From Chrysemys picta bellii (lineage: Eukaryota): DNA of 64,000 nucleotides. Shown here piece after piece: positions 11,256 to 24,710 of this stretch (the stretch's first letter is position 1; the number at the start of each line of letters is the position of its first letter). The stretch is from contig NC_088814.1 in assembly GCF_011386835.1 (NCBI RefSeq), positions 11,532,001 to 11,596,000 of the forward strand, read 5' to 3'. The translations under genes and the position numbers were made by a program. The notes under the pieces are model-generated. The model worked only from the letters and a program-made list of their open reading frames with translations, made no database searches and had not been told where the DNA came from.

Positions 11256-13684
11256 GACCTAAATTAAATGACAGAGCTGGGTGAGTGTGACTTTCTGATC
11301 TTGCTCACATTTTCTTTTGCAAATTAAAATAACTTGTCTCCCCGGTACCTCTTGAAAAGAAGCCAGACTTATTGTTAGTGTCCACTGGGTCATTAGGTAT
11401 ATCTGCCCTTGGAGAAACGAAGCACAGAGTTAGCTAGTGCGGCTGTGACTCTAAGTAGCGCCCTTGAGAGCAGAATGTCTAATAGAACAAAGCAGTGCTC
11501 TTAATAGCTTCTATTGCCATGTTGTTCTCCCATCCTTTTGTTATCCCTTCGAGGTAATTAGTGCTGGAGGGGACTCGTATAGAGTGTAACCAATTTGCTT
11601 AATGTATGTGTCAGCCCTCATCTCAAATATTTTGATCCTGACCATTAGAGTTTATCCAATTGCAACCAGAATATTAGCACGGTATTTCTTTTTAAATACC
11701 CACTCAACCAGTGCTAAACTGCCATGATAGCTATATAGGTGATTTATGTCGGCCATAAGGACCCTCCATAAGTACTCACCAGTCAAATAAATGCTTGCAC
11801 CAATATGAGATTACGGTGAGTGACTGATTGCCAGAATATGAAGGAAATGGTAATGCCTCTTATTCAATTGAATGTATTAGTCTTTGTGTATTTGTGCTGT
11901 TGGAGCTGAAATGGTCTTGAAGGAGAGAACATGTGGGTCTGAATTCTCACACAGAGAGACACCTGTAATTCTGTGTTTATTGTAACTTTAAAAGAGCATC
12001 TCTGATATGTTCATGGCTTAAAAACACAAAAGTTAGATACAAACATGAAAGACCCCATGGGAGGTCACAGCGTAACACTACTTAAAATCAAGAACCTTAA
12101 CACACTAGAATCAAAAACAGAGAGAGACAAAGCAGGCTGCTCTGTAAGGCAGCAGGCACTACTCAACTCCACCTTTTTCTAGCCGGTCTCTTTGTAAACT
12201 GAGTGCTGTTAGATCCAGATCACATGCTTCCCTACAGAGCCTCCTAGTCTGCAAGTAGAACCAGAAAACCCTGTGAGAATTTTAAGTGATAGCATGTTTT
12301 TCAATACACCACAATATCCAGTCTTGTCCAGCTCCAAGGAAACCTGAATGAAGTGAGACGCTTATTATTAGCAGCACTATATATTATATAGCTGCTTGAC
12401 TGGAGTGCTTGATTAATGTGCAGTTGGGACCCTGTGCATTTCTAGTTTATAGGAAGAACAATATTAATGGCCACATAAGTCTGTCTTAGCCTCAGGCATT
12501 ATCTGAGACCTCGATGAGTTCTTATTTAAACACAGCATATTCGTATAAAGCCTGAGATGACGTCCCTATGTTTCCCAAATAGTCATATGGCATCTGTGCC
12601 CAAAGCGGTGTGCGCATGCATCGAATAGATTCTGACAAAACATCTCTCAGTCTTGCCTGCCAGAGTTGCTTGACATGCCCCAATGGGATAATTCAGCCGT
12701 GGAGGCCGAAAGTAAAACCTCGCCTTTAAACGCATCTCTGGCAACTTTACAGTTTTACTACCCAGAACTCGAGTTTCATCGCTTCTGCTATCTCCAGATT
12801 AAACCTGACATTCCGAAAGATGGAAAACATTTTGCTTGGCAGAGATTCCTTGGCAGAGAAACCAGGGCTCCAGGTTTAACATAATACAAAGATCAAAGGG
12901 AAACCAATAGCGACATTTGTTGGGGAAAAAGATTTCAAGGTATTTCATTTGTGTGCATCGTTCCTAGCCGGTGTGTATTAAGATGTACCAACTGCAGTGC
13001 CTAACATCCATCAGTGCTTTTTGTCCCGAGCAAGGCCGGGTCTGTAACTTTGCATTATTGTCTTTCAAGTTGGACACCCAAAATCTCTTTTGACTATTTA
13101 GGCCAGAGTTTAACTGGCATTTCTGTGGCCTTTTACACCGAGTGCCCCAGAGTTTGCTGTGCCATCCCCTCCCATGAATAATTGTGGAAAATTAAGGTTA
13201 ATCCTACCGCCTCTCTGCAACAGGGCCCACGCAGGGGGTGGGGTGAGTGGTACTCGACCCCTGCCAACGTCCTGGGATCTGCAGGATTTGCCTGCCAGGG
13301 ACACCGCTGAGAGCTAGAACCTCTGTGCTGCTCTGCGACACTGCTGGCTCGCTGACACGTCACGCTGCTGCCATTAGCCGATCTCTTCGGCCTGGGCCCT
13401 GTCCCCTTCCCACGCCCGGCGGTGCAGAGCGGGAGGGGTGGCTGAATAGGTGGCTGTCACTCAGAGTTTGCCGTGGGTTGATGCTGCACAAAGCAGCTTG
13501 CCCTTGGAACCATCCGCCTCCTCCAGAAGCGTGACCGCCCGAACGGACATCGTGTGCTTGCGGAGGTGTCCGCAGGCTTGGGGGAAGATGCTTGTTTGGC
13601 TCCGCTGCTCCCTTTCCAGCCCGTGGGCCAAATTTGCACCAGTTTCCTACAGCTACAATGTGATAAAAAACGAATTCTCAGAGC

Positions 13685-13888
13685 CCAGGTCAGCTGACTC
13701 GGGCTCGCGGGGCTCAGGGCGTGGGGCTAAAAATAGCAGCATCGGTATTTGGGCTCAGACTGGAGCCTGGGCTCGGACATCCTCCCCCATCGTGGGGTCT
13801 ACACTCCCATTTTATAGCCCCGCAGCCCGAGCCAGACGCCAGCCCTGGCCATGCTGCAGGTCTTCTACCACAATGTAGATGTACCCTC
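13685..13888. mobile_element. PIF/Harbinger-type MITE fragment
   Basis: Ends ...aatgtagatgtaccc (TIR class seen at 8891). Shares its interior with 26565-26770 and 54030-54290. Confidence 0.6.
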
Positions 13889-15299
13889 AGGAATGTATAC
13901 TGCCGCCCATCGCTGCAGCATCTCCATCCCATCCATGCTAAACCAACAGTAAAGTCCTTAGTGATTTTACAGAGTCTCTGTCCCTTCTTCCTTTTCAGGG
14001 TCAAAACTCTGCTCGGGGGTAAGGTTTTTGTTTTGTTTCTCCCTTGCGCATCTAAAACTGGGGGATGTTCTGGTCTTCTATGCCAGTTTGGTGCCTGTAT
14101 AGTGATCTGTAAGCCCAGAGAGATAGCACACCATGCTGGCAAGAAATGCTCATCTCTTTAGGATGCTCATCTCTCGCTGCCATTTAAGAATTCATAAACC
14201 TGTTTATTGTAGGTATCAGCGGGGATTTGCTGTTCATAGCTGCTGTTGTGTTTTAAATAATGCACCATCATCTCCTGCTAGACTGTGTGAACAAATGGAT
14301 CCCGTAATCTTGTGACAGGTTTGTATAGTGCTAAGTGGACTGTGCCTTTCTTAGCACTTTGACTGAAATAACAAAAGGACTCAATGCTACCATCTGCTCT
14401 GTGGATACTTATGGAGAGGTCTTGGAGCCATGAGAACATGTTGATTTGTGATTTCTGCTATTACCAACAATGCAGAAACACAGCCCTATTTCTTGCTGAA
14501 CTTCTCTTCTTCCTTATCCGTGATGTCATATGGATCGTCACTCATCCCCCATCAGTTCTGGTCTCCTCCTTTGGCTCCTTCAGCTTCTTCTGAACATGTC
14601 TTAATGGCAGAGAAACCTCTGCCTGTGTCCCTTTGACCGAGACCTTGAATGGGGGTTGAGACTCCATAAACACTTTATTAGAGCTAGTCAGAAAATGAGA
14701 ATTTTTTTGTCATGGAAAATTTCCACAAAAACAAACCAAAAAAATAGTTTCCATCTCAATTTCCCACTGAAAAAAATGACTTTTTGGCAAAAGATTGAAA
14801 GCCAAAATATTTTGATTTGGAAATTCTGCCAAGGTGCCTCATAGGAGTTTTAGTTCCAGTTCCTCATGTTCCAATCTCCTTTATAGACCAGACTCCCTGG
14901 CCAGACTACATCTCCCATGATACACCACAGTCTCCATTCATGGTGGGTGGAGGTAGTTGCATCATGGGAGTACCTAGCTATTATGCATCATGGGACATGT
15001 AGTTCAGCTGGGGAGCCTAGCCCATAGAGGAGAACAGACACAAGAGGAAACTGAACTACAGCTCCCATGGGGCACCACGGTGAGCTATCCAAATGGACAT
15101 ATTTCAGTTTGGGGATGCTTTGCTTTTTACAAAATAGTCATCTGTGGGAGCAGGCACTTTTAGCAAAAAAAAGGTTTTGGTGAAAACCAATTTTCCTTTG
15201 AAAAAACAGTGTTGATGGGAAATTTTTTACCTTTCACTACCTCTCCATAGAGCCCAACAGCTTTGGGCCCGTCTCTGGGAAATCACTCGACCAACAATC

Positions 15300-16140
15300 C
15301 ACTAATCAAATAATTGAGTTTAAAAAGATTTATTAAAAAAGTCAGAAAAAGCTCACATTAAAATAAAAATAAACAATTTTGCACAAGATACCTCGTCGGA
15401 CAAGGCAGGCATCTGTAGCTTAGCTAGAGAGGATAGACAATCTTATATCCCGTGAAATCAATCCATTGCCTGACTTCCTTTGCCATGCCAACACAAGATA
15501 GCATCGCCCCTGCCTGGTAGAGAGCTTTCTCCTTTTCATCACCCACCCAGCGGGTCTTTTAGGCCTTTCAGCTAGCTCATTTCCACGGTGCTAGAGGCCA
15601 TTATCGTATCATCTGGAGGAAACTAACTGATCTCAGTTCCCCATGCAGTGTTTCTCTATCCATCATTCCGCTAGCATCATCTCCTCTAGAGTTCTGAAAG
15701 GTTTCCACATTTTCCTGTCTCCAGTCTTACCCCCAAAACTTCCTTTGGAAAGTAGCTACGTACAATAGATGTCTGCCAGTCTTTGCATCCCTCCCTCCTA
15801 GGGAAGATGGTTGGTAGACATGGTAATTCACCCTCTTTTAAATGGATAATATCTTTATCCGGCAGATAACGTTTTGTCTTCTAGGTGGACTCCATTCCAC
15901 ATTTTCTGTCTGGTTTTAAAAAATAATTTACAGACTTCTGCTTTTACTGTAATTTTTCTCTATACTAAAACCATAATTGATTGTCAGGCAACCTCTCTGT
16001 CCCATATAGACTTGTTATAAACAGTAAAGTACCTTTTATTCTATTATTCTGATCAGGTTTAATCATGTCTTGAATATGAATCTGGTTTGGCATATTGGTT
16101 TGGTTTGACATTCAGCAGAGTCTATATCTGTCTCTCTAGC
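15300..16140 (-). mobile_element. L1-clade LINE 3' relic (degenerate zinc knuckle region, ORF2 end, AT-rich tail)
   Basis: Minus-strand, frameshifted pieces KIL...SSLGGRGCKDWQT, HLL...KFWG, LAPWK, EKALYQAG and WIDFTGY follow the order of the recalled L1 ORF2 C-terminus (CWRGC..GT..H..W.C..FW; IA..WK; EKL.Y; W.PF..Y). They are followed by a T-rich 3'UTR containing aataaa. Confidence 0.5.
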
Positions 16141-17114
16141 CACTAGAAATAATTGCGTTTTGAGTTATAAATTGCAGCAGCTTGGAGACATCTATAACCT
16201 GCATTTTAATTTCACCAAACACACATTTTTTTTCCCTCTAGACACTAGGTAAGAAGGGTCATTGTGTTACTTAAATACCATTTCCCAAATTTAAAGCATG
16301 TTCGTCTTTGGACTTTAACATGGATTTTCAGATGAGCTGTCAGAAGTGATCCATCACTGAAAAATCTGGCATTTTATAGATGTTTTTCAAGGTAGGTGTT
16401 TGTCGTTTCCCTGGTCTGCGCTTGTCTTTTGTTGTTGTTGTTTGTTTAAAGTTAAAAGTACCGCTGCCACACTCAGGAAAATGTTAACAAAAACATACCC
16501 CTTTTCTCCTAAAAACCCCGTCAAACACACCCAGATTAAATCATCTCCTTTAAGGTTCCGTGTGCTCTAACGTTGCTCAGCATAATGTCGGCGTGTAACG
16601 AACCCAGTATGAGGAGGAGAGATTCCTCCAAACCATCGTTCAGAAGACAGACAGGAAATGCGGGAAGAGTGCAGCTCTGTTCCATGTGGAGTTATTCGAG
16701 GGTATATAGATTTTAGTGTGCTTGGATTTGGCAATGGTTCTTTAACTGCTATTATAAATTAAGGTGGATCGCCTCTTGGACGGTTTGTAGGGAAGTGATG
16801 ACCCGCTGGCTAAGGCTGTGGATACAGACTCAAGCTCCGTGTTCTGTTCTGTTCAGGTTCCTGTGCTGCCCTCACGGCTGTAGTATCTGAATGCTTTCCA
16901 GTAAGTGATGCGACTGACCTCAGTCACGTATGGTCCATTCTCTCCCGCAGCCTCTGCCCGGGGGAGGATCGTGTGTGCAGTGCAGTGATTTGTTTTGGTA
17001 GAGTTTTACTCTATGCCCACACTGCTCTGTGTGTCTGTTAGTGAAGGCGATTGGAAGAAGCGCCCCGTGCACTCAGAGAGGAGGATGGGGAAGTCTGGAA
17101 TGGTCCTTAACTCC

Positions 17115-18136
17115 TGTGGGAGTTATTCGACACTCTCAGACTGGCCCGCCGCTTGATTTCATCCGAGCCGCCGCAAGTCTCCTCGCTGCGGGCCGGAAGC
17201 CCCAAGCCTCAGCACCCACCCCCGGGGCTGGAGCAGTGAGCGTCTGGCTTGTCCTGCTGCGGAGGGAAGCTGGGGTTGTCAGGCCATTAAAAGTCCAGTC
17301 GGCTCCATGCAGCTCCTGGAAACAACCAGCATGTCCCTGCAGCCCCTAGGCGCAGGGGCGATCAGGGGAGCTCCACGCACTGCCCCCGCCCCCCAGTGCT
17401 GGCTCTGCAGCTCCCATTGGCCGGGAACTACAGCCAATGGGATCTGCGAGGGTGGTGCCTGTGGGCGTGAGCAGTGCGCACCGCACAGAGCTCCCTGGCC
17501 CTCCACCTAGGGGCTGGACATGGCAGCTGCTTCTGGGAGCAGCGCGGAGCCAGGGCAGGCAGGGAGCCTGCCTTAGCCCTGCTGTGCTGCCAACCAGGAG
17601 CCGCATGAGGTAAGCGCCACCCAGCCGGAGCCCACACCCCGAACCCTCTGCCCCAGCTTGGGACCCCTTCCCACAACCTAACTCCCTCCCAGGCCCCCAT
17701 GCGCTCCCCAACCCCCCACCCCATGTTGGAATCTCCTCCAGCACCCTAACTCCCTCCCAGACCCCGCACCCCCACCCGCGTGTAACCCCCCTGACCCAGC
17801 CCTGAGTCCCCTCCCGCACCCAAACTCCCTCCCAAAGCCGCACCACAAACCTCCTCCCGCACCCCAACCCCCTGCCCCAGACCTGAGCCCTCTCCTGTAC
17901 CCCAAACCCCTCATCTCCAGCTCAACCCCAGCAAGAGGCCTCCCCCTCCCACACCCCAACCTCCTACCCCAGCCCAGAGCCCCCCTCCCTCACCCTAAAC
18001 CCCTCATTTCTGGCCCTATCCCAGAGCCTAGGGGAAGCCCCGAGCCTCCACGTCCACTATGGGGCTGTGTGTGGTCCAGGACTGATTTTTTCTGTGGGTC
18101 AGTGGCCCCTGATCAAAAAAAGGTTCCCCGCCCCTG
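17115..18136. mobile_element. hAT-type MITE with C-rich tandem interior (left end approximate)
   Basis: Right end ...aaaaaaaggttccccgcccctg is a hAT TIR; interior has repeated ccccgcaccccaactccctccc units. TSD not found. Confidence 0.65.
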
Positions 18137-18689
18137 TTTTAGACCTGCATGGCCGGTCTCAGGGCTTCCCACCCCAAGTCATATTCAAGCAAGGTCTGAG
18201 GGTTGTTTAGCCCATTTGCCAAACAAGCCTCACTTCTCCAGGCCCTGCTGGACCAGCGTGAAGCACTGTCATGGAAGCAGGATAGTGGAGTTTCTTCCTC
18301 AGCAGAGGACATGGTGCTGTCAGCGTAGGGAGTTCCTCCTGGAGACCCCAAAGAGCTAATACCGACCACCACAAAGACCCACAGTTGTTCCACTCTAGGT
18401 GACGACATTAACTGATGTGCTGGCTCGCAGGGCTCACAGCACGGCCAACCTCTGTGTTAATTGTTGTTGGCACATTAGAGTCGAACATAAACTTGACGTG
18501 TGTGTTTTTAAGGACAGGGGCGGCAGTAGGAGGGGATGTGCTCTCTGTAGGGCCTGCGGATCCGTGAGAGCGCTGGCATGTATTCTCTGAGTGGCGGGAG
18601 GGCAAGGGTGTATTATGTGAATGGGCTTGTAGGGAGGTGGGGAGTGTGGTCCTACTCTGGGGACATGAGGTGAGGTCAGATTCTCTGGT

Positions 18690-19207
18690 TGGTGGATAGG
18701 GAGGTAGGGGGCAGGGTCATATTCTTTGGTTAGTGCATAATGAGGTAGGGGTGGGGTTGTATTCTCTAGTTGGTGCATAGGGAGGTAGGGGGCGGGGTCA
18801 TATTCTCTGATTGGTGCATAATGAGGTAGAGGTGGGGTTGTATTATCTGGTTGGTGCATAGGGAGGTGGTGGGTGGGGTCATATTCTCTGATTGGTGCAT
18901 GATGAGGTAGAGGTGGGGTTGTATTATCTGGTTGGTGCAAAGGGAGGTAGTGAGCGGGGTTGTATCCTCTGGTCAGTGCACAGGGTGGTAGAGGGCGGGG
19001 CCAGTGCGTAGCAAGATGCGGTGGGGGCAGTGCATAAGGAAGTAGGGTGTGAAGAAGGGGGTGGGTTCATATTCTCTGGTTCGTGTACAGGGAGATAAGG
19101 GGCGGGGTTAAACTCTCTGGTTGGTGCATAGGGAGGTAGGGGGTGGGGTCATATCATCTGGTTGGTGCATAGGGAGATAAAGACCGGGGTCATATTCTCT
19201 GGTTGGA
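18690..19207. repeat. G-rich minisatellite, ~40-41 bp units with an 81-bp higher-order dimer
   Basis: Units gtcatattctctg(a/g)ttggtgcata...gaggtag..gg(c/t)gggg. The minus-strand ORF 18434-18940 repeats every 27 aa. Confidence 0.9.
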
Positions 19208-20689
19208 ATGGTGGAGGAGCCCTCTTTTACTATCTGGCTGGATTTATTTCACTATCAGAGGCTGTTGCTCAAGTTTCTATTTTCAGTCTGATTTTTATTA
19301 TTCCTCGTTTTCTGGGATCAGAGCTAAGCCTGGAGGAATATTGCCTGGGTGCCATTTCAAGTGGAGGCGTACGGACCTGTTTTGCTTTTTCTCACCTTGG
19401 ACAGCCCTAGAGACCTCTGGTAGCAAAACTTTCTTGGAGAGGGAGGTGGGTTGAGAAGCTGTCTTTCCTCCATTCACGCTGGTTGAAACTCACCCCAGGT
19501 TCTGGGGACATTCCCTGCCAGTGTTTGCCCTGTGAGTATAGCATGGGATGTGGTCAGTGACTACAAAGAGTGCATCTAATGGCAGCTCGCATCCCATCCT
19601 TGGTCCTTTGAGGTGGAAAGGAGTCTTCTTCCCTGTTTCTTTTGAGACACGGTGCTTTGCTAGACCACCTGGTCTTGCACGTTTTGAACTATCTAGTTTC
19701 CCTGCCTTGAGATTTAAGTTTTCTGCCGGCTTTTGCTACTCCAGCCAGAAGCATCGACTGCCCCGTTCCTTAGGAGGGCAAAAGTCTCCGTGTCCCATCA
19801 GCCAGGATCACTGCACCTGTGCAGCATTTGTTTGTCGGCAGCTGTGGAACGGAACTCCGCACCGTTTGAGGAAGGGAAGGGGGAGTGGGGTTCTGTTTGG
19901 GGTGCAGGAAGGACTTTAACGGGGATCAGTGACTTGGTTATGGGTCTAGTTCAGCTGGACAGCTGCAGGAAACACATGGGCATGCTTGGAGATTCAGAGA
20001 GAGACATTTAGGTTAAATCGATGGTGGTGGTGTGTGTGTGTGTGTTGTGTTTGTGCAGCGTGTTATACAGGTGAAATTCTCTGTCCCACGAGGCACATTA
20101 CCAGGCTATGACAAGGACTCTATCTGGCTACGTGGCGGAGTTAGATGCTGAATATGCTTATTCTTGCATGTGTGTTTAGGGCTGAGCCATTGACAACATC
20201 TGAAGCTGTGGAGCAATTCCTTCCTCCTTCCAGAGGTGTATTGGCAGGGCCTGGGCTGTGGGTAACTGTGAGAGTGTCTTATCATCCTCTGGAATGCTGT
20301 GCGGGGATCATCTGTCAGGGATAGCTGCCCAGGTCCCACCCAAAGGACTGTTCCCCATTGCTGACAGCCATTTATAGACCTTCCCTTCTGTTCCCTTTAT
20401 TGCAGGGGACAGAGAGAGGGGGTTGAATTCTTCTTCCGTTTCACAGGGCAGTTAATGCTGTCGGGATGAGTATTCCCAGCAATGCAGCTCGGGACGGGTG
20501 GCGCTGCTCTGGAACCTAATGTGTAGATCCCGTGTATTATAAACACGTATTCTGGCTGGAAGTTTTACCCTTAAAATGTTCAAGCCACCAGGGGGTATGG
20601 GAAACTCCATCCCATATAAAAAACCCTAAAAAACTACCTGGCTTCACTTTGGTGCTCATTTGGTTAAAGAATTTGCAGTAAACATTGGC

Positions 20690-21720
20690 CTGCACCAGGG
20701 GTCAGCGTTGAGCCCCCTCTTTTGTTTGTGGTTGTCTTGGATGTGATAAAGGAGAATATACAAAGGTAACTGCCTTGAAATACCGTGTTTGCTGATGACT
20801 TAGTGATATGTACAGAAGACTGTGGGACTCCGCAAACCAACTCTGAACAGTGGCAACACAGTTTTGAGCAGGCAGGACTCAGCGTGAATGTTGGTATGAC
20901 TGAGGCTATGTCAACTGAAAGAAGAGAAGCCACCATAAAGGATATCACAAGTAGAGAGCTTAGAAGAATGAATGTAAATACCTAGGATCAATGGTTGTTG
21001 ACAATGGTGCCCTCCTGAGTGATGCCCCGCATTGTACCAAACCTATTGGTGCAGGTTGTGGGAGCTAACAATAAAAAATTGTCAATAAAGTTAAACGGTG
21101 GAGTGTACAAAACTGTAGAATCATAGACTATCAGGGTTGGAAGGGACCTCAGGAGGTCATCTAGTCCAACCCCCTGCTCAAAGCAGGACTAATCCCCAGA
21201 CAGATTTTTGCCCCAGATCCCTAAATGGCCCCCTCAAGGATTGAACTCATAACCCTGGGTTTAGTAGACCAATGCTCAAACCACTGAGCTATCCCTCCCC
21301 CGATAACTTAACCCATTGTAATGTATGGGACAGAGACTAGTCCAGCCACAAAAAAAGAAATCAGTATCCTCTCCACCATGGGAATGAAGATGTTGAGAGG
21401 GTCAAATGGTTGGACACTCAGTGATAGCGAACCAAATGAAATTGTGAGGGGCCCAATGCAGGTTGCCCTAATTGAAGATGTGTTGAGAGAGGGTAGGCTA
21501 CCAGCAGAGACCTGAGAGTTATATTGGTAGGATGACCCTTGCAATGATCATGGATGGAAGATGACCAAGGGTGAGGTCAAAGACAAATGGACTGGATATT
21601 AGCAGATCTTAAAGAGACCAATTTGCAGGACAGTCAGGTGTACAGTTATGAGTTTTGGAAGAAGAGCCCTATACAATTTGCTGCTGCTGAATAGGGAAGT
21701 GGCAAGATAGAGGGTAGGCA
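20690..21720 (+). mobile_element. RTE-clade (Rex3/Expander-like) LINE RT relic, interrupted by a SINE
   Basis: HQGSALSPLLFVVVLDVI...VFADDLVIC...; KVYKTV..VMYGTET...MGMKMLR...NEIVRG...LREGRL, matching the recalled Rex3/Expander RT pattern. Confidence 0.8.
21116..21301 (-). mobile_element. Tortoise Pol III/SINE (tRNA-derived head + CR1 3' tail)
   Basis: On the minus strand: A box (tagctcagtggt), B box (gagttcaatcc) and CR1-type tail ending gtctatgattcta. Confidence 0.9.
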
Positions 21721-22907
21721 GAGGAATTGGGATGCGGCATGCTCAGAGGTGGAGGGGGAGGAGAGCTTGGCTGCCGGTGGGTGCAGAGAACCCACTAATT
21801 TTTTACCGTGGGTGCTCCAGCCCCGGATTACCCATGGAGTTGGCGCCTATGCCGGGCCGCAGGAAATAACTCTGCGGGCCACATGCGGCCCGTGGGCCAC
21901 ATGTCTGAGACCCCTGGATTAAACAAAGATGGGGGAAATCTTGAAAACTTCCTGTTAATGGAGGAAGTTGTCCTCTTGTTATTGCTGTGGCCTTAAATGA
22001 TAGGATTAAAAAGTATATTACATCTTTGTGTCGCTATCGAGTGTGTTGAGACAGCAGCGCTTTAATTCTATTGTGTTCATTGGGAAAGGAGCTCTGTGTA
22101 TGAACAATTCCCAGGTCTGAGATGTTTGGCTTAGCTTGAATGAATCCTTGTTGAATAAAAATCCAGTAGAAAAGTGGCTCAGGGTCAAGAAACAACTGTC
22201 ATATGCAGAACCTCCAACTGTTGTATGCAAAACACTTGTCTTTGCCTTCAAAAAGAATTAGTCTAGCCTGCCAAATTCTCCACTCTCCAGCAGTAGCGTG
22301 TCTGCCTTTGAAGGTCTTTTATTTTTGAGTCATGGGCGGGGGGAGGGGGTGATGGAAAGAAACAACAAGAGGCCTCTTAAATGAAAGCACGTATTTCACA
22401 GGCAGTAGGATCGGGGGAGGCTGGCATCTAGATTCACCCGAGTCCCCTTGGAGTAAACTGGGTTCCAACATGGACATTTGTTTTCTTTTGAGCTTAGGGA
22501 CGAGAGGGTCCCGCTTTAAATGTGCAGTAGTGAAAGCCCGGCAGCATCTGGCTGTGCTGCTGTGACATCTTGGATGAAACGGGACTTGCGTTATCGTTCA
22601 ACGTGTACTCAAGCCCTGCAAGTATATCGGATTCTTAGAGAGCTAACACGGTGCGAGTCAGAGGAACTATTTCCAAAAACATTCATTCATTCCTTTAAAA
22701 CGCTGTTTGTTCTCACCCTACTCCATTTTTTTTCCTGTAAAGAGGAACACACTTAATATACTAAATTATTAAACCAGATTAGATCTGGCTTCAGCTGTTT
22801 CCTCTGGAGCTCTGCCGCACTTACATTTGTCATGTCTCCGCAGCCGCGGTCGGGTTGGGACGAGGTGTGTTACATGGAGCTCTCTCTTTTCTCTCTCTCT
22901 CTTGAAG

Positions 22908-23058
22908 GTGTTTACAAAATATGGGAAATGTTACATGTTTAACTCAGGAGAAGAAGGGCGGCCCCTGCTTACCACAGTCAAAGGTGGGACGGGCAATGGA
23001 TTGGAGATCATGCTGGACATACAGCAGGATGAATATTTACCAATATGGGGAGAAACAG
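22908..23058 (+). CDS. ASIC2: Internal coding exon (151 nt) of acid-sensing ion channel 2 (ENaC/DEG family), extracellular domain
   Basis: Translates [50 protein letters not shown]. This is near-identical to the recalled ASIC2 segment ([27 protein letters not shown]; ASIC1 has TRYGKCYTFNSG, LKTMKGG, LPVWGET). Polypyrimidine tract and AG acceptor at 22906-22907; donor CAG|GTAAGA after 23058. Adjacent exons not found in the window. Confidence 0.95.
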
Positions 23059-23890
23059 GTAAGACCCAACATTAACTTTTTTTCCTCTCTCTATCTGAGG
23101 GCGTGCCTTGGTTGCAAACATGCTGTAGTTGTTTTGACGTGTTCCATGGGATCCCCTCCATTACCGGAAGCCGGTTCTCCTTAAACTTAAAAGTTCTTGA
23201 GCTCTGCAGGGAACTTCCAGCCTTTGCAAAAGCAGGTCAAGTTTCAAAGTTAGCTTGATCACCTCAAGCTCAAGGACACAAGCAAGTGAAGTGGTTCTTG
23301 ATGAAGATGAGGCTGCCATCCTGGAAGCATTCCCCACCTGCTTGGTTGTCTCCAATCTGCTCCATGACCCCGTAGCCACAGCTACCTTTCAAAGGCAGCT
23401 CATGTGTTTGACCTCTGCAGCTGCCTGTGAATTCATGTCACCTTCCTGATGGATCCTCCAGGTGATCCCCACACTCACATTCTTTTAAAAATTCTGGGTA
23501 TCATGTCACTGACTTATTGGGCTCAGCCTCACAGTGCTGTGTGATTCGAGCACTATACAAATCCAGGGCAGCACTCTCTCCAGCCTTAATTTGGTGATCT
23601 GAGATTGTAGGCTGAGACCATCCAAGAACTAAGGATCATCCCAAACCTCATCACATTCCACCACTAGAAGTGCCAGGCACATTCTTTGACCTGCTGTCTC
23701 TAACATAAACCCATAGCAACATGTATATTAAAGGCACACACACACACACTCTCTTTCTCTCTCTCTCTCAAAACAAGACACGCCACTCCACATGCTTCTC
23801 CCTCTGGGGAGAGGATGAGAGAACAAAACAGATGACAAAAGGGTAGTCATGTGGCTTAATCCACTATGGGAAGGTATCATAGAATGTTCT

Positions 23891-24710
23891 ATGAATCATA
23901 GAATATCAGGGTTGGAAGGGACCTCAGGAGGTATCTAGTCCAACCCCCTGCTCAAAGCAGGACCAATTCCCAACTAAATCATCCCAGCCAGGGCTTTGTC
24001 AAGCTTGATCTTAAAAACCTCCAAGGAAGGAGATTCCACCACCTCCCTAGGGAAGCCATTCCAGTGCTTCACCACCATCCTAGTGAAAAAGTTTTTCCTA
24101 ATATCCAACCTAAACCTCCCCCACTGCAACTTGAGACCATTACTCCTTGTTCTGTCACCTGGTACCACTGAGAACAGTCTAGATCCATCCTCTTTGTAAC
24201 TCCCTTTCAGGTAGTTGAAAGCAGCTATCAAATCCCCCCTCATTCTTCTCTTCTGCAGACTAAACAATCCCAGTTCCCTCAGCCTCTCCTCGTAAGTCAT
24301 GTGCTCCAGCCGCCTAATCATTTTTGATGCCCTCCTCTGGACTCTTTCCAATTTTTCCACATCCTTCTTGGAGTGTGGGGCCCAAAACTGGACACAGTAC
24401 TCCAGATGAGGCCTCACCAATGTCGAATAGGAGGGAAACGATCACGTCCCTCTATCTGCTGGCAGTGCCCCTACTTATACAGCCCAAAATGCCGTTAGCC
24501 TTCTTGGCAACAAGGGCACACTGTTGACTCGTATCCAGCTTCTCATCCACTGTAACCCTTAGGTCCTTTTCTGCAGAACTGCTTCCTAGCCTTTCGGTCC
24601 CTAGTCTGTAGCAGTGAATGGGATTCTTCCGTCTTAAGTGCAGGACTCTGCACTTGTCCTTGTTGAACCTCATCAGGTTTCTTTTGGCCCAATCCTCTAA
24701 TTTGTCTAGG
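23891..24710 (-). mobile_element. Young 5'-truncated CR1 LINE (ORF2 C-terminus + 3'UTR)
   Basis: ORFs 23974-24420 and 24452-24730 closely match the CR1 at 51392-52090; CR1 octamer tail present. Confidence 0.95.

Noticed and set aside
18434-18940. 168-aa repetitive His/Pro-rich ORF
   Set aside because: Translation of the minisatellite; no splice or gene context.
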